Origin: a bacterium
Lineage (GTDB): Bacteria; Bacteroidota; Bacteroidia; NS11-12g; UBA955
Direction of reading: 5' to 3'
Length of the DNA stretch: 64,000 nucleotides
Assembly: GCA_029945665.1 (NCBI GenBank)
Contig: JAQSCZ010000119.1
Location: forward strand, 6,277-70,276
Shown: positions 19,355 through 29,680 of the stretch, piece after piece
Position numbering within the stretch: the first letter of the stretch is position 1
Layout: the number at the start of each line of letters is the position of its first letter
Position numbers and translations under genes: made by a program
The notes under the pieces: generated by a model
Databases searched by the model: none
What the model was told of the DNA's origin: nothing
The model's input: only the letters and a program-made list of their open reading frames with translations

Positions 19355-20194
19355 TTAAGAAAATAAACTTGTGATTTGGACTGCAATCATATCCATTATA
19401 AATATCAGTAAAGAAGCATAAACCACCGATGAATTTGCCGATTCTCCAACCCCTTCAGTTCCTTTGTTGGAATTATATCCTTTAAAACAACCGATGAGTC
19501 CGATGGCAAATCCAAAGAAAAATGTTTTTATAACCGCCGGAATAACATCCATGAATACTAACTTTTCAAAAACATTACCAAAGAATAAATTAAAACTTAC
19601 ATCGGCTTTAATATTCACTGCAAGTAATGATCCTCCCAATGCAATGGCATCTGAAACAATAACAAGAATTGGCAACATGATGGTTGTGGCCAATATTCTG
19701 GTTACAACTAAATATTTAAATGGATTAATACCTGACACTTCCATTGCATCAATTTGCTCGGTAACTTTCATAGAAGCCAATTCAGCACCTATCCCAGAGC
19801 CAACCTTACCAGCGCAAATCAATGCGGTTATAACTGGCCCAATTTCGCGAATTATAGAAATACCAACCATGGCAGGTAGCCACGATTCAGCTCCAAATTG
19901 CGCTAAGGTTGGTCGCGACTGAATGGTCAATACAACTCCCATAATAAATCCTGTAATACCAACTAAAGGCAGGGATTTATAGCCGATTACATAACACTGT
20001 TTCAGCAATTCCTTCAATTCATAAGGTGGTAAAAAAACTTGTTTAAAAAAACGAATGGTAAATCGGCTAAGCAATGTTACTTCCATAAAAAAATCCATCA
20101 ATGCTTTTTTCACCACATTGCCTGTTTGTTCATTTGGTTGAATGAAAGCTACTGGTTTATCCAATTTATTTTTAGTTGGTGTTATAATTTCCAT
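19355..20194 (-). CDS. mlaE: MlaE family ABC transporter permease
   Basis: 279 aa polytopic permease with AMEVSGINPFKYLVVTRILA, which is typical of MlaE/Ttg2B. It lies directly upstream of the ATPase. Confidence 0.85.
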   Translation of the reverse strand: MEIITPTKNKLDKPVAFIQPNEQTGNVVKKALMDFFMEVTLLSRFTIRFFKQVFLPPYELKELLKQCYVIGYKSLPLVGITGFIMGVVLTIQSRPTLAQFGAESWLPAMVGISIIREIGPVITALICAGKVGSGIGAELASMKVTEQIDAMEVSGINPFKYLVVTRILATTIMLPILVIVSDAIALGGSLLAVNIKADVSFNLFFGNVFEKLVFMDVIPAVIKTFFFGFAIGLIGCFKGYNSNKGTEGVGESANSSVVYASLLIFIMDMIAVQITSLFS

Positions 20195-20196
20195 AA

Positions 20197-21093
20197 TTAT
20201 TTTTCTTTTATTTTAATAGCATTTTCCGATGCTGGAATTTCACCATAATAATGATCCGCATAAACTTTAGTAAACTCAGCCCCAAAAAAAACAATCATTG
20301 AAGAATAGGAAGTCCACAATAAAATCAAAATGACCGAGCCTGCTGCGCCATAGCCCGATGCAGGCTGTACTTTACCAAAATATATGCCCAAGGCAGATTT
20401 ACCAAGTATAAACAAGATAGCTGTTAAAAATGCGCCAACCCAAACCAAGTGCCATTTTATCTGCGCATCTGGTAAAAACTTAAACATAAATGCAAACAAG
20501 GTCGTTATTGTAACCATTGTAAAAACAACATTAATAATTTGAAACAATACAAGAAATGATTCCGACCAATTTTGTTGAGCCCATAAACTGATAGCGGCTA
20601 AAAGGGATGACAAGACTAACGAAATAAGTAAGAGAAATGCAACAGAAATAATGAGGCCAAAAGAGAAAAGACGCGTTTTTACAAATATCCAAAAACCAGA
20701 CTTGTATACCGTCGCCTCTACGGTCCAAATCGTATTTAATGATTTTTGCATTTGAACAAAAACACCAGTTGCTCCAATTAAAATGGTAGCAATCGCAAGG
20801 ATACTAGCCAATTTGGAGTTTTTATTCTTTGCAGCCATTATTACCATGTTTTGTATTTGGTCTGCAGTATCACTGCCCATTGCTATGGAAATTTGATGAT
20901 GCAATCGCCCATTAACGGCATCGACTCCAAAAAAATACCCCGTCATACTTACTACCAGAACTAATAAACCTGGCAGCGAAAAAATGGCATTATAAGCAAT
21001 TACTGAACTTTCTTTAAATGGATCGCGGTCATACCATTTTTTAAAAGTAAGTTTTAGTAAATAGCCGAGTTTATCTAATTTCAATTTCTTCAT
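20197..21093 (-). CDS. YihY/BrkB family membrane protein
   Basis: 298 aa with six TM segments. The N-terminal region FKKWYDRDPFKESSVIAYNAIFSLPG is typical of YihY. The gap to mlaE is only 2 nt. Confidence 0.8.
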   Translation of the reverse strand: MKKLKLDKLGYLLKLTFKKWYDRDPFKESSVIAYNAIFSLPGLLVLVVSMTGYFFGVDAVNGRLHHQISIAMGSDTADQIQNMVIMAAKNKNSKLASILAIATILIGATGVFVQMQKSLNTIWTVEATVYKSGFWIFVKTRLFSFGLIISVAFLLLISLVLSSLLAAISLWAQQNWSESFLVLFQIINVVFTMVTITTLFAFMFKFLPDAQIKWHLVWVGAFLTAILFILGKSALGIYFGKVQPASGYGAAGSVILILLWTSYSSMIVFFGAEFTKVYADHYYGEIPASENAIKIKEK

Positions 21094-21105
21094 CTCAATT
21101 TTATT

Positions 21106-23478
21106 TTAGTCTATTTTAGCCCTAGGCATTTTAATTTTTCTAAATTTCAAATATTGCTTGCGAGGAGATTCAGAATTAAATGCATCTAATTTTTCGTATG
21201 CTTCAATGAGTGCCTCTGGTTTGTTCCCTGAGTAATCAATTTTAAAAAATGAATACCCGTTGTAAGGAATATCATTTTTAGAAGTCAACATTTTTACCTG
21301 TTTTGTTGTATTATTCTCCTTAAAGTATGATAAAAAAGCCTGCTCTCTTAATTTCAATAATTGATTAAATTTTTTATTCACTTTTGATGTTCCAACAAGG
21401 CTATAACACTTGTCTTGTATCGTAAATAACATAGAATCCTTGGCATGTGAATCTAGAAATTTCATAAACCCTGGATCCTTAGTAGATAATTTAAGAATGT
21501 CCATTGAATCCTTTTCAGTAATTGTTTGGCTTTTTATTTTATTTAAATATAAAAAGTATCTTTTTTTAGCCTCAAAAAATAAAATATTTTCTTTTTCTTT
21601 CGCATCATAAGTCATCGGACGAATGGTGATGGTTGCTTCGGCATTTTGAGCCAAATACTCCGCCAAAGATTGCATAAATTTATCTTGAAATTTATTCACT
21701 GAGGATTGATTCATTTCCCATTTCATAGCAAGCGACTTCTCTATCTCTGTTTCTGTATTCTTAACTTCTATTCTGTAGGGTATTGTAGATGGTTTGATAA
21801 AAATATTTTGGATTAAGTCTACAACAGCGTCTTTCAAATGAAATTTTGGATTCTTAAGATACCCTGATACAGGTATTTCGTAATCAATTACATTTCCTCG
21901 TTCTTGAACAAAAGCCATAAAAAGCGGCAGAGGTATCCACTTTGATTTATTTGTTTTAACCCTTTTAGCAACGCGACTATCTATCATCAAAAAATGATTT
22001 CGACTTGCAATAACATCATTTCGAACATGCCATTCGCCCTCTAATTCAATCCTGCCACGATCTAATGGAAAAGAAGTATAAGTTATCAAATAAGGATTAA
22101 AAGTAGCAGCAGGTATTTTTGAGATATGGTAATTTAAATCAAAATCCTTGTTGTCCAAAGGATTCATATTTACATTTACATTCACATTTCCATAAGGCAT
22201 AATTGAACTTTCCAAAAACACCTTCACCCACTGTTTATTATTATCAATCGAATCAGCTCTAATTTGCAAAGGAGAAAGTGTTGCAGAAAATTGCTCATTA
22301 ATTGAAAAATCATTAAATCTTAAGTCGCCTTTATTAAGGCGTAAAGTTTTTATTTTATAATCGCTTTTTAAGAAATTTTGAAAAATGTCTTTTACATAAT
22401 TGGCAATTTCTATAATCAAATTAAATTTCGAAGGATTGCTGTTGGCTGCACTGACAACAGCCCCGCCTTTGCCAAACATGCGTTGAATATTGTCCAAACG
22501 ATCGTACAATTCAAATTTAAAATATGGTTTATCTAAAATGATTGAGTCGAAAAAATACTTTTCATGTTCGGGATCGATTTCAATAATCCCAAGTTTCACT
22601 TTTTCAAAGGCTGCATAATCATTACCTTCATTTTCCCCAAAATGAAAATCACTACATGACATTTCTCCCCTTAAATTTATATTCTGAGCCGTATCAAAGT
22701 TTCCCTTAGCAATCAAGTTCGCGTCGACATTGGCCCTAAAACTGCCATAATTGGCCAAATCTCTCATGTATTGTTCGATAATATTTAAATCCAATTTTTT
22801 GACAATTAAGGCCATTCTATAATCCAAAGTTTTCATATTGATTACAAAACGATTGCTAACATCACCCGAGCCTATGCCAGACTTAAATGTTACGTCGCCA
22901 AATACTGAATCGACATCCCATCGTTTGCCTGTGCTTTTAAAATCTACGTTTTTAATAAAATAATGAATTGGAATATCCGGCTCATTGTAATAAAAGGTGC
23001 CATTTTTTATCTCGATATTTAAAATATTGAGGTGGATAGGGCCTTTCAAATTATGAATATTTGTATCCTTTCTCGCAAATTTCTCAACCAAATCGTCAAA
23101 ATTCATAAAAATACTGTCTCTAACTATTTTACCAACAGGTTGCTGAATAACAAGAGAACTAACTTCATAGGTTTTTGATAGCAGCTTCAACATCGCAAAA
23201 TCTGCATTAATTCCTTTGGCAGAAAAGAAAACTGAATCATTGTCGTGTTCATAAATTACCAAGTTATCAAAATGTACATACCCCGTAAAAGGATTGACAT
23301 AAGCCCAATCCATTTTTATTTCACGACCCAATAATTGTTTATCGTATTTTTCAACAACGAATTTTACGATTGGTGATATTAAAATAATCGCAGTAACAAT
23401 AGATATAAGAATCAGTGATGAAAACACCCATAGAAGTCGTTTCCAACCCTTTCGTTTTTTTTCGTTTTTAATTTTCAA
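21106..23478 (-). CDS. DUF748 / AsmA-like envelope protein
   Basis: 790 aa, TTG start, N-terminal anchor (LLWVFSSLILISIVTAIILI). Then a DUF748-like opening (VEKYDKQLLGREIKMDWAYVNPFTGYVHFDNLVIYE) and a long beta-rich body. The family assignment is from memory of the pattern only. Confidence 0.5.
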   Translation of the reverse strand: MKIKNEKKRKGWKRLLWVFSSLILISIVTAIILISPIVKFVVEKYDKQLLGREIKMDWAYVNPFTGYVHFDNLVIYEHDNDSVFFSAKGINADFAMLKLLSKTYEVSSLVIQQPVGKIVRDSIFMNFDDLVEKFARKDTNIHNLKGPIHLNILNIEIKNGTFYYNEPDIPIHYFIKNVDFKSTGKRWDVDSVFGDVTFKSGIGSGDVSNRFVINMKTLDYRMALIVKKLDLNIIEQYMRDLANYGSFRANVDANLIAKGNFDTAQNINLRGEMSCSDFHFGENEGNDYAAFEKVKLGIIEIDPEHEKYFFDSIILDKPYFKFELYDRLDNIQRMFGKGGAVVSAANSNPSKFNLIIEIANYVKDIFQNFLKSDYKIKTLRLNKGDLRFNDFSINEQFSATLSPLQIRADSIDNNKQWVKVFLESSIMPYGNVNVNVNMNPLDNKDFDLNYHISKIPAATFNPYLITYTSFPLDRGRIELEGEWHVRNDVIASRNHFLMIDSRVAKRVKTNKSKWIPLPLFMAFVQERGNVIDYEIPVSGYLKNPKFHLKDAVVDLIQNIFIKPSTIPYRIEVKNTETEIEKSLAMKWEMNQSSVNKFQDKFMQSLAEYLAQNAEATITIRPMTYDAKEKENILFFEAKKRYFLYLNKIKSQTITEKDSMDILKLSTKDPGFMKFLDSHAKDSMLFTIQDKCYSLVGTSKVNKKFNQLLKLREQAFLSYFKENNTTKQVKMLTSKNDIPYNGYSFFKIDYSGNKPEALIEAYEKLDAFNSESPRKQYLKFRKIKMPRAKID

Positions 23479-23765
23479 TTTGCTGATAAGTATTCTAGTT
23501 TAAAATCTTTGCGATAAAGATTTAAAACCTTTAAAGGGCAAAGATGGGTTGAGAAGCTTGCTCAAATATTACAAAATCCTTTAAAAAAGTTACATTATTT
23601 ACATAAAATGGGATCTAAATTGATTTTTAAATGTGACTTGTATAATTTTAATTTTTAAAAATGTAAGTCTTTAATACATTCAAAAACTGAATTTTACAAC
23701 TAATAATCGACCACCAAATATGACCAGAATTCTTGCGATTCACTGCCCTAAAATCAAAATCCCGA

Positions 23766-25439
23766 ATGTCGGTAAAACCATTTAGAACGATCCGAATAGT
23801 GCTTATTTGGATGGTTTGTCTTCTGGTTTTTGGCTGTGCAACCCTCCATTTTTCTTTTGTCCTTTATTTTAACAAAAAAATAAAAACAGATTTGTGTCAT
23901 GAGTTTGCCATACAAACAAAGGGTGATTTTGAAATGACAATTGAAAAATGGCAAACCGATATATTTAATCAGTCTATTTTTATAACCGATCTAAATATAA
24001 AATCTGTCAAAGACAAAAGTCCTGAAAAGGCCAAATACTATTTATCATCTGCTAAAATTAATTTTATTGATTTTAATATATTCTCATTTATTTTCAGTCG
24101 CGCTTTAAGCTTCGAAAAACTAGAACTCATTGGACCTAAAGTAACTATTTTTAGGAATAAAATAGACAGTGAAACAGATAAACCGACACAACAAAAAGGC
24201 AAATTTTCTATTTATAAATTATTGAAACCTTATATCAATGCTTTGAGTATTGATAATATTGAAATTAACAATGCCGCTATAAAAATATATGTCGACGATA
24301 AGGATTCTTTTTTGATTCTCAACAATTCGAAAAACAAGCAAAAAATAACAGGACTGCATATTGACAAAGAAACAGATCAGAATGGCCGATTATTTTTAGC
24401 TAAGAAAACCGAAATAAGCATTCATGACATTTTATTTACGACTCCAGATAAACTTTACACCATCAAAGTGGGGCGCTTATTAACCTCTTATACCGATTCA
24501 TCTGTAATTATGGATTCAGTAAAACTAATTCCCAACTATTCAAAACTGAAATTCGGTAAGGCTGCGGGAGAACAAACCGATAGAATTAGCATAGCTGTTG
24601 ACAATATCAAATTCAGCCGTATTGATGTAAAACTATTTTTTGAAAAAAATTGGTTCGTTGCAAGGCAACTTAAGGTCAGCGAACTAGTACTTAATGTATA
24701 TAGGGACAAGAACGACATAAGGCGGCCCAAAACATTGCCTAGCATCCAAGAACTCATAAGTAAAATACCCATATATATTAAAATTGATACTGTTTTATTG
24801 AGCCATGCAATATGCATTTATCAGGAGGTTGCTATAGATGCACAAGAGCCTGGTAAAATTTTCTTTAATAATTTGGATGCAACAATTACTGGTTTTAAAA
24901 ACCGGGATGACAGTATTCATCCAAAAAATGACCTTGTCATTAAGGTCAATTGTCTTTTAATGGGCCAAGGAAAGTTAAATTTAGAATACCGTTTTCCATA
25001 TCACACCAAAGGAACCAATTTCACTTGCGAGGGTCATTTACAAGCCATGTCATTTTTGGAAATCAACAAGGTTTTTCAGCCTATCACCAATATGCAGATT
25101 ACCAGCGGTGAATTAGATTATATGCTTTTTTCATTTCAGGCAAGCGAATACGCTTCGGAAGGCAAAATGAAACTTGTATACAAAGGCCTTCAAGTACAAT
25201 TACTTAAAGACCGCAACTTAAAACACAATCCTGCTAAAAAATTACTTTCGTTTTTGGCAAATACTTTAATTATTATAGATGAGAACCCCAAGAAAAACCA
25301 TCCAATTCGGGTAACACGGATACATTATAGGCGTAACCCCGAACGTTTCATTTTCAATTACACTTTAAAATCGCTATTAAGTGGCATTAAAACGGCCATT
25401 GGATTGCCAGATTTACAATCAGATCGAAGTAAAAAGTAG
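23766..25439 (+). CDS. AsmA-like membrane-anchored protein (hypothetical)
   Basis: Taking the ATG at 23766 gives an N-terminal anchor (IRIVLIWMVCLLVFGCATL), followed by repetitive beta-rich sequence. It is divergent from the DUF748 gene. Confidence 0.4.
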   Translation: MSVKPFRTIRIVLIWMVCLLVFGCATLHFSFVLYFNKKIKTDLCHEFAIQTKGDFEMTIEKWQTDIFNQSIFITDLNIKSVKDKSPEKAKYYLSSAKINFIDFNIFSFIFSRALSFEKLELIGPKVTIFRNKIDSETDKPTQQKGKFSIYKLLKPYINALSIDNIEINNAAIKIYVDDKDSFLILNNSKNKQKITGLHIDKETDQNGRLFLAKKTEISIHDILFTTPDKLYTIKVGRLLTSYTDSSVIMDSVKLIPNYSKLKFGKAAGEQTDRISIAVDNIKFSRIDVKLFFEKNWFVARQLKVSELVLNVYRDKNDIRRPKTLPSIQELISKIPIYIKIDTVLLSHAICIYQEVAIDAQEPGKIFFNNLDATITGFKNRDDSIHPKNDLVIKVNCLLMGQGKLNLEYRFPYHTKGTNFTCEGHLQAMSFLEINKVFQPITNMQITSGELDYMLFSFQASEYASEGKMKLVYKGLQVQLLKDRNLKHNPAKKLLSFLANTLIIIDENPKKNHPIRVTRIHYRRNPERFIFNYTLKSLLSGIKTAIGLPDLQSDRSKK

Positions 25440-25520
25440 TCTTAAAAATCGCTCAATTATCGAAGTAAAATACTAATTTTAAAATAGAATAAAATAAATT
25501 TAAAACTGAATCAAATTTAT

Positions 25521-26198
25521 TTAATTAATAATTTTTCCATCTTCCATTTCAATGATGCGATGGGTGCGGGCTGCAAATTCATTATCATGGGTTACTATTA
25601 ATAAGGATTGATGATAGACTTCGGCTAATTCTTTAAAAACATTAAATACAATTTCACCGTTTTTTTTATCTAGGTTTCCAGTTGGTTCATCTCCCATAAT
25701 AATTAACGGATCGTTGATTAACGCCCTCGCAATAGCTACCCTCTGCTTTTGCCCGCCAGATAATTGATTCGGCAATTTTAATGCTTCGTTTTCTATACCA
25801 AGCATTTTTAATTTCTCATAGGCCCTTGCCTCTACCTCTTTATCAGACATAGCAGCAAGTTTTAGTCCCGGAAGCATTACATTTTTAATGACTGAAAACT
25901 CGTTTAGCAAATAATGAAATTGAAAAACAAATCCTATTTTTTCATTTCTTACTTTCGCTAATTCACCCTCTTTTTTCCCTCGCATAGAAATCCCATCGAT
26001 TAACAAATCGCCTTCATAATCTGTATCCATTGTTGATAGAATATATAACAAAGTTGATTTTCCGCAGCCTGACTTTCCAGTAATAGATACAAAATCTCCA
26101 CGGTTGATTGAGAAATTTATATCCTTTAATACCGGGATGGTTATTGGCGTGTGAAAGGATTTAAAAATGGATTTTGCTTCTAATATTTTTGGTTCCAT
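25521..26198 (-). CDS. ABC transporter ATP-binding protein (MacB/LolD type)
   Basis: Walker A GKSGCGKS, signature LSGGQKQR, Walker B IIMGDEPTGNLD. Confidence 0.9.
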   Translation of the reverse strand: MEPKILEAKSIFKSFHTPITIPVLKDINFSINRGDFVSITGKSGCGKSTLLYILSTMDTDYEGDLLIDGISMRGKKEGELAKVRNEKIGFVFQFHYLLNEFSVIKNVMLPGLKLAAMSDKEVEARAYEKLKMLGIENEALKLPNQLSGGQKQRVAIARALINDPLIIMGDEPTGNLDKKNGEIVFNVFKELAEVYHQSLLIVTHDNEFAARTHRIIEMEDGKIIN

Positions 26199-27458
26199 TT
26201 ATTTACCTCTTATAATTACAACTGGATCTATTTTACTCGCTTTTTTTGATGGGAAATAACCTGCAAAATAAGTAGTGACAATAGAAAAAATTCCGCCTAT
26301 CAAATAGAATTTAGGATTATAATCTATCGGGTATGTTTTTACCGTTGGCAATGACGCTGTATTAAAAGGTACCTGATCTATAATCGCCGACAATCCAAAA
26401 CCAAATAGCAATCCTAGAATTCCACCGAAAATGCCAATACTTAAAGCAATTGCAATGAATATTTTATGCACATCTTTACCTGAAAAACCAGTTGCTTTTA
26501 GAATAGCAATGGAGTCCATTTTCTCGTATATCATCATATTTAAAATATTGTAAATACCGAACCCTGCAACAATTAACAAGGTAATGCCAACTGCGTATGA
26601 AATTAGGGTACGAATAGAACTTCCTGTTTCAAATTGTGAATTTGCCGTTTGAATATCCACGGCTTCTATTTCAAAAAGTTGATGGTATTCCTTAGCCATC
26701 ATTGGCGCCATTGCTAAATCCTTCAACCTTACCTGTAAATCAGTTATATAATTATTAGATTCGCCTAATAATTTCTGAGTGGTAACGATAGAGGCATAAC
26801 TTTGTACTTTATCAATTTCTTGAATACCAGATTGAAAATAACCAACCACTTTGAGCGGTATTCTCTCACCTTTGGTAGTGGTAACCTGAATTACATCGCC
26901 AATATTTGCCATCATTTTTTCGGCGGCACCTTTACCCAAAATAATACTATTTGGTATGTTTTTCAAATCAATAAATTGTCCACTTGTAATGTAATCACTA
27001 AATTTAAACAATCGATTTTCTGCTTCAACATCAATCCCATTAATAACCCCTGTTAAATCAATCGACCCAACATTATAAAAAACTTGGGCCATTACTTTAG
27101 GCGCAACACCTAATACCCGATCATCCTTCAACAAGGCTTCATAAATTGCACTGCTATTGTATATCTCTTGCCTTTCGTTTTTAGGCTTAATCGAACTTAT
27201 AAAATTATAATTGTCTTTAAATTCAGTCGCTCGCGAAATCGGTTGATTCTTTGAAGGTTCAATTTCATTATACAAATGAATATGCGGCGTACGATTTAAA
27301 ATTAGATTGTCTAACATGGTATTCAAGCCTGCCATAAATCCCAACAAAGTAATGAACATGGTAATACTAAAAGTTACTCCCACCGCTGCTACCAATGTTT
27401 GTTTCCACCGCGCCAAAAGCAATGATTTTGATACACTCGCCAGCAATTTGATATTCAT
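26199..27458 (-). CDS. ABC transporter permease (FtsX/MacB type)
   Basis: 419 aa with one N-terminal TM, a large periplasmic domain and a C-terminal FtsX-like 3-TM bundle. Its stop abuts the ATPase start. Confidence 0.9.
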   Translation of the reverse strand: MNIKLLASVSKSLLLARWKQTLVAAVGVTFSITMFITLLGFMAGLNTMLDNLILNRTPHIHLYNEIEPSKNQPISRATEFKDNYNFISSIKPKNERQEIYNSSAIYEALLKDDRVLGVAPKVMAQVFYNVGSIDLTGVINGIDVEAENRLFKFSDYITSGQFIDLKNIPNSIILGKGAAEKMMANIGDVIQVTTTKGERIPLKVVGYFQSGIQEIDKVQSYASIVTTQKLLGESNNYITDLQVRLKDLAMAPMMAKEYHQLFEIEAVDIQTANSQFETGSSIRTLISYAVGITLLIVAGFGIYNILNMMIYEKMDSIAILKATGFSGKDVHKIFIAIALSIGIFGGILGLLFGFGLSAIIDQVPFNTASLPTVKTYPIDYNPKFYLIGGIFSIVTTYFAGYFPSKKASKIDPVVIIRGK

Positions 27459-27463
27459 AACAA

Positions 27464-28543
27464 CTATTGAATCGGTTTTATTAATTCATCATCCGCATTT
27501 ATACCTGATAATATCTCAATTTTTTGATAATCTCTCAGACCCGTTTTTACTGCCACTTTATCACCATTGGCTTTGATCACAAAAGAATCGTTCAATAAAT
27601 AATTTCGAGGCAATAACATGACATTTTTTTTAGTTTGTATTACTATATTTGCTTCTAACGTAATATTAGGATAAAGCAATTTGGGCAGTTCTATAAATTC
27701 GGCTTCAACTGTAAAAGTTTTGCTGCGTTCATTCATAATGGGGTCGATTTTAGTAACCAAAGCTTCAAAAACTCGGCCTTTATAACTATCCATAACCACC
27801 ATTACTTTTAGCCCCTTTTTTATTTTCAAAATATCCATTTCATCGACTTGCATTTCGAGATAGAATTTCTGCGCATCGCCAATAACAGCCAATATGGTTT
27901 GAGCACCTACTAATTCACCTTTTGATTTTGGCAATTGATAAATCTTACCATTAATTTCACTCCTCAAGGTAAAATCACTGGCCATTTTACTTATAATTTG
28001 AAAGTTCTTTTTTGATTGCGCTGAATTCAGAACGAGTTGTCTTTTTAAATCATTGTAGTGAACAATCGAGGACAAATAAGCCGTTTTAGAATTCTGATAA
28101 GCCAACTCACGCTGTTCCAATTCAACTTTCGAACCTATTTGCTGTTGCCATAATGTGGATTGACGAGAAAACAAACTAGAATCATTTTGCATTTTAATTC
28201 TAGCTAAGATAACCATTTGCTTCGCTTCATTTATCTTGCCTTGGTTAGCCCCTATTTCGGCAAAATTCGCACTGAGTTCCGCATTCTCCTTGTTCAATCT
28301 TTGCGCTTCATTGGCAATCGTTAAAATAGCATCTCCTTTTTTCACCGTATCACCTTCTTCAACCAAAAGTTCGTCAATAATACCTCCAACTGTAGCAAAG
28401 GCTTGGTATTGATTTTTACTTTTTAAGACACCCGATGCATAGACAGATTCAGATATGGGAGAAAAGGTCGGTTTAATTTTTTCTACCTTTGGTTTACAAG
28501 CAAATAATAAAATGCAAGTGCTAAAAATTATTATTTTATTCAT
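27464..28543 (-). CDS. Efflux periplasmic adaptor subunit (HlyD/MFP family)
   Basis: Lipobox LLFAC, a biotinyl-lipoyl-like segment (VEEGDTVKKGDAILTI), a coiled-coil hairpin and beta-barrel domains. It is the first gene of the three-gene exporter. Confidence 0.85.
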   Translation of the reverse strand: MNKIIIFSTCILLFACKPKVEKIKPTFSPISESVYASGVLKSKNQYQAFATVGGIIDELLVEEGDTVKKGDAILTIANEAQRLNKENAELSANFAEIGANQGKINEAKQMVILARIKMQNDSSLFSRQSTLWQQQIGSKVELEQRELAYQNSKTAYLSSIVHYNDLKRQLVLNSAQSKKNFQIISKMASDFTLRSEINGKIYQLPKSKGELVGAQTILAVIGDAQKFYLEMQVDEMDILKIKKGLKVMVVMDSYKGRVFEALVTKIDPIMNERSKTFTVEAEFIELPKLLYPNITLEANIVIQTKKNVMLLPRNYLLNDSFVIKANGDKVAVKTGLRDYQKIEILSGINADDELIKPIQ

Positions 28544-28732
28544 TACTCAACAAATATAGCGATACTTGATTTGTTTTATAGCCTAAATTGACAAAATATG
28601 ATAAAAGTCTTAAGCGGATTAAACTTCCATTTAGCGTTTAAATTTTCTAAGATTATTGTATTTTTAAAGTAAAAATGATTCTATCGATTCCATTTATATC
28701 AAATTTTTAATTTTTTCATTTAATTTGCGACC

Positions 28733-29680
28733 ATGAATAGCAGTGAAGAAAATGTTGAGTGCCTTATCATAGGAAGTGGGCCTGCGGGATTTACAGCAGC
28801 GATATATGCAGCTAGAGCCGATATGAAACCAGTAATGTATGAAGGTATGCAACCAGGTGGACAATTAACAATTACAACCGACGTTGAGAATTACCCTGGC
28901 TATCCGGATGGAATTATGGGACCAGAGATGATGGATAATTTTAAGAAACAAGCGGTTAGATTAGGTGCTGATATTCGTTTTGGAATGATTACCGAAGTAG
29001 ATTTTAGTAAACGTCCATTCGTATGCATTGCAGATGGCATGAAAAAAATTTACGCAAAATCAGTAATTATTGCTACTGGTGCAAGTGCCAAATGGCTTGG
29101 AATACCTAGTGAGAAAAGACTCAACGGCAGCGGGGTTAGTGCCTGTGCAGTATGTGATGGTTTCTTTTATCGCCAGCAGGATGTTGCGATAGTTGGGGCT
29201 GGTGATACCGCTTGCGAAGAGGCGAGTTACCTTGCGAAACTTTGTAACAAAGTACACATGATTGTTCGCAGAGATACTTTCCGTGCTTCAAAAGCGATGC
29301 AACACCGTGTTGAAAATACACCCAATATCGAAATTCACTTTAACAGCGAAACCGACGAAATTTTAGGAGACACTTTAGTTGAAGGCGTTCGCATCAAAAA
29401 TGTAGTGGATGGAAGCACCAAAGAGATTAAAGTAACAGGGTTCTTTGTAGCCATTGGGCATACACCGAATACCGGCATCTTTAAAAATTGGTTGGACATG
29501 GATGAGCAAGGTTATTTAATTACCAAGGCCGATAGTACTTACACCAATATAGAAGGTGTATTTGCTTGTGGCGATGCGCAAGATAAAATATACAGACAAG
29601 CAGTAACAGCAGCTGGTAGCGGCTGTATGGCAGCACTAGATGCAGAGCGCTGGTTGGCAGCAAACCACCAGCACGCATAG
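28733..29680 (+). CDS. trxB: Thioredoxin-disulfide reductase
   Basis: GSGPAG FAD-binding motif, redox-active CAVCDG, NADPH-binding GAGDTACEEA, and C-terminal GDAQD. Confidence 0.95.
   Translation: MNSSEENVECLIIGSGPAGFTAAIYAARADMKPVMYEGMQPGGQLTITTDVENYPGYPDGIMGPEMMDNFKKQAVRLGADIRFGMITEVDFSKRPFVCIADGMKKIYAKSVIIATGASAKWLGIPSEKRLNGSGVSACAVCDGFFYRQQDVAIVGAGDTACEEASYLAKLCNKVHMIVRRDTFRASKAMQHRVENTPNIEIHFNSETDEILGDTLVEGVRIKNVVDGSTKEIKVTGFFVAIGHTPNTGIFKNWLDMDEQGYLITKADSTYTNIEGVFACGDAQDKIYRQAVTAAGSGCMAALDAERWLAANHQHA

Noticed and set aside
25521-28543. Three-gene exporter as something novel
   Set aside because: It is a standard adaptor, FtsX-type permease and ATPase (MacAB-like) arrangement with canonical motifs. 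The missing adjacent TolC-like gene is common.
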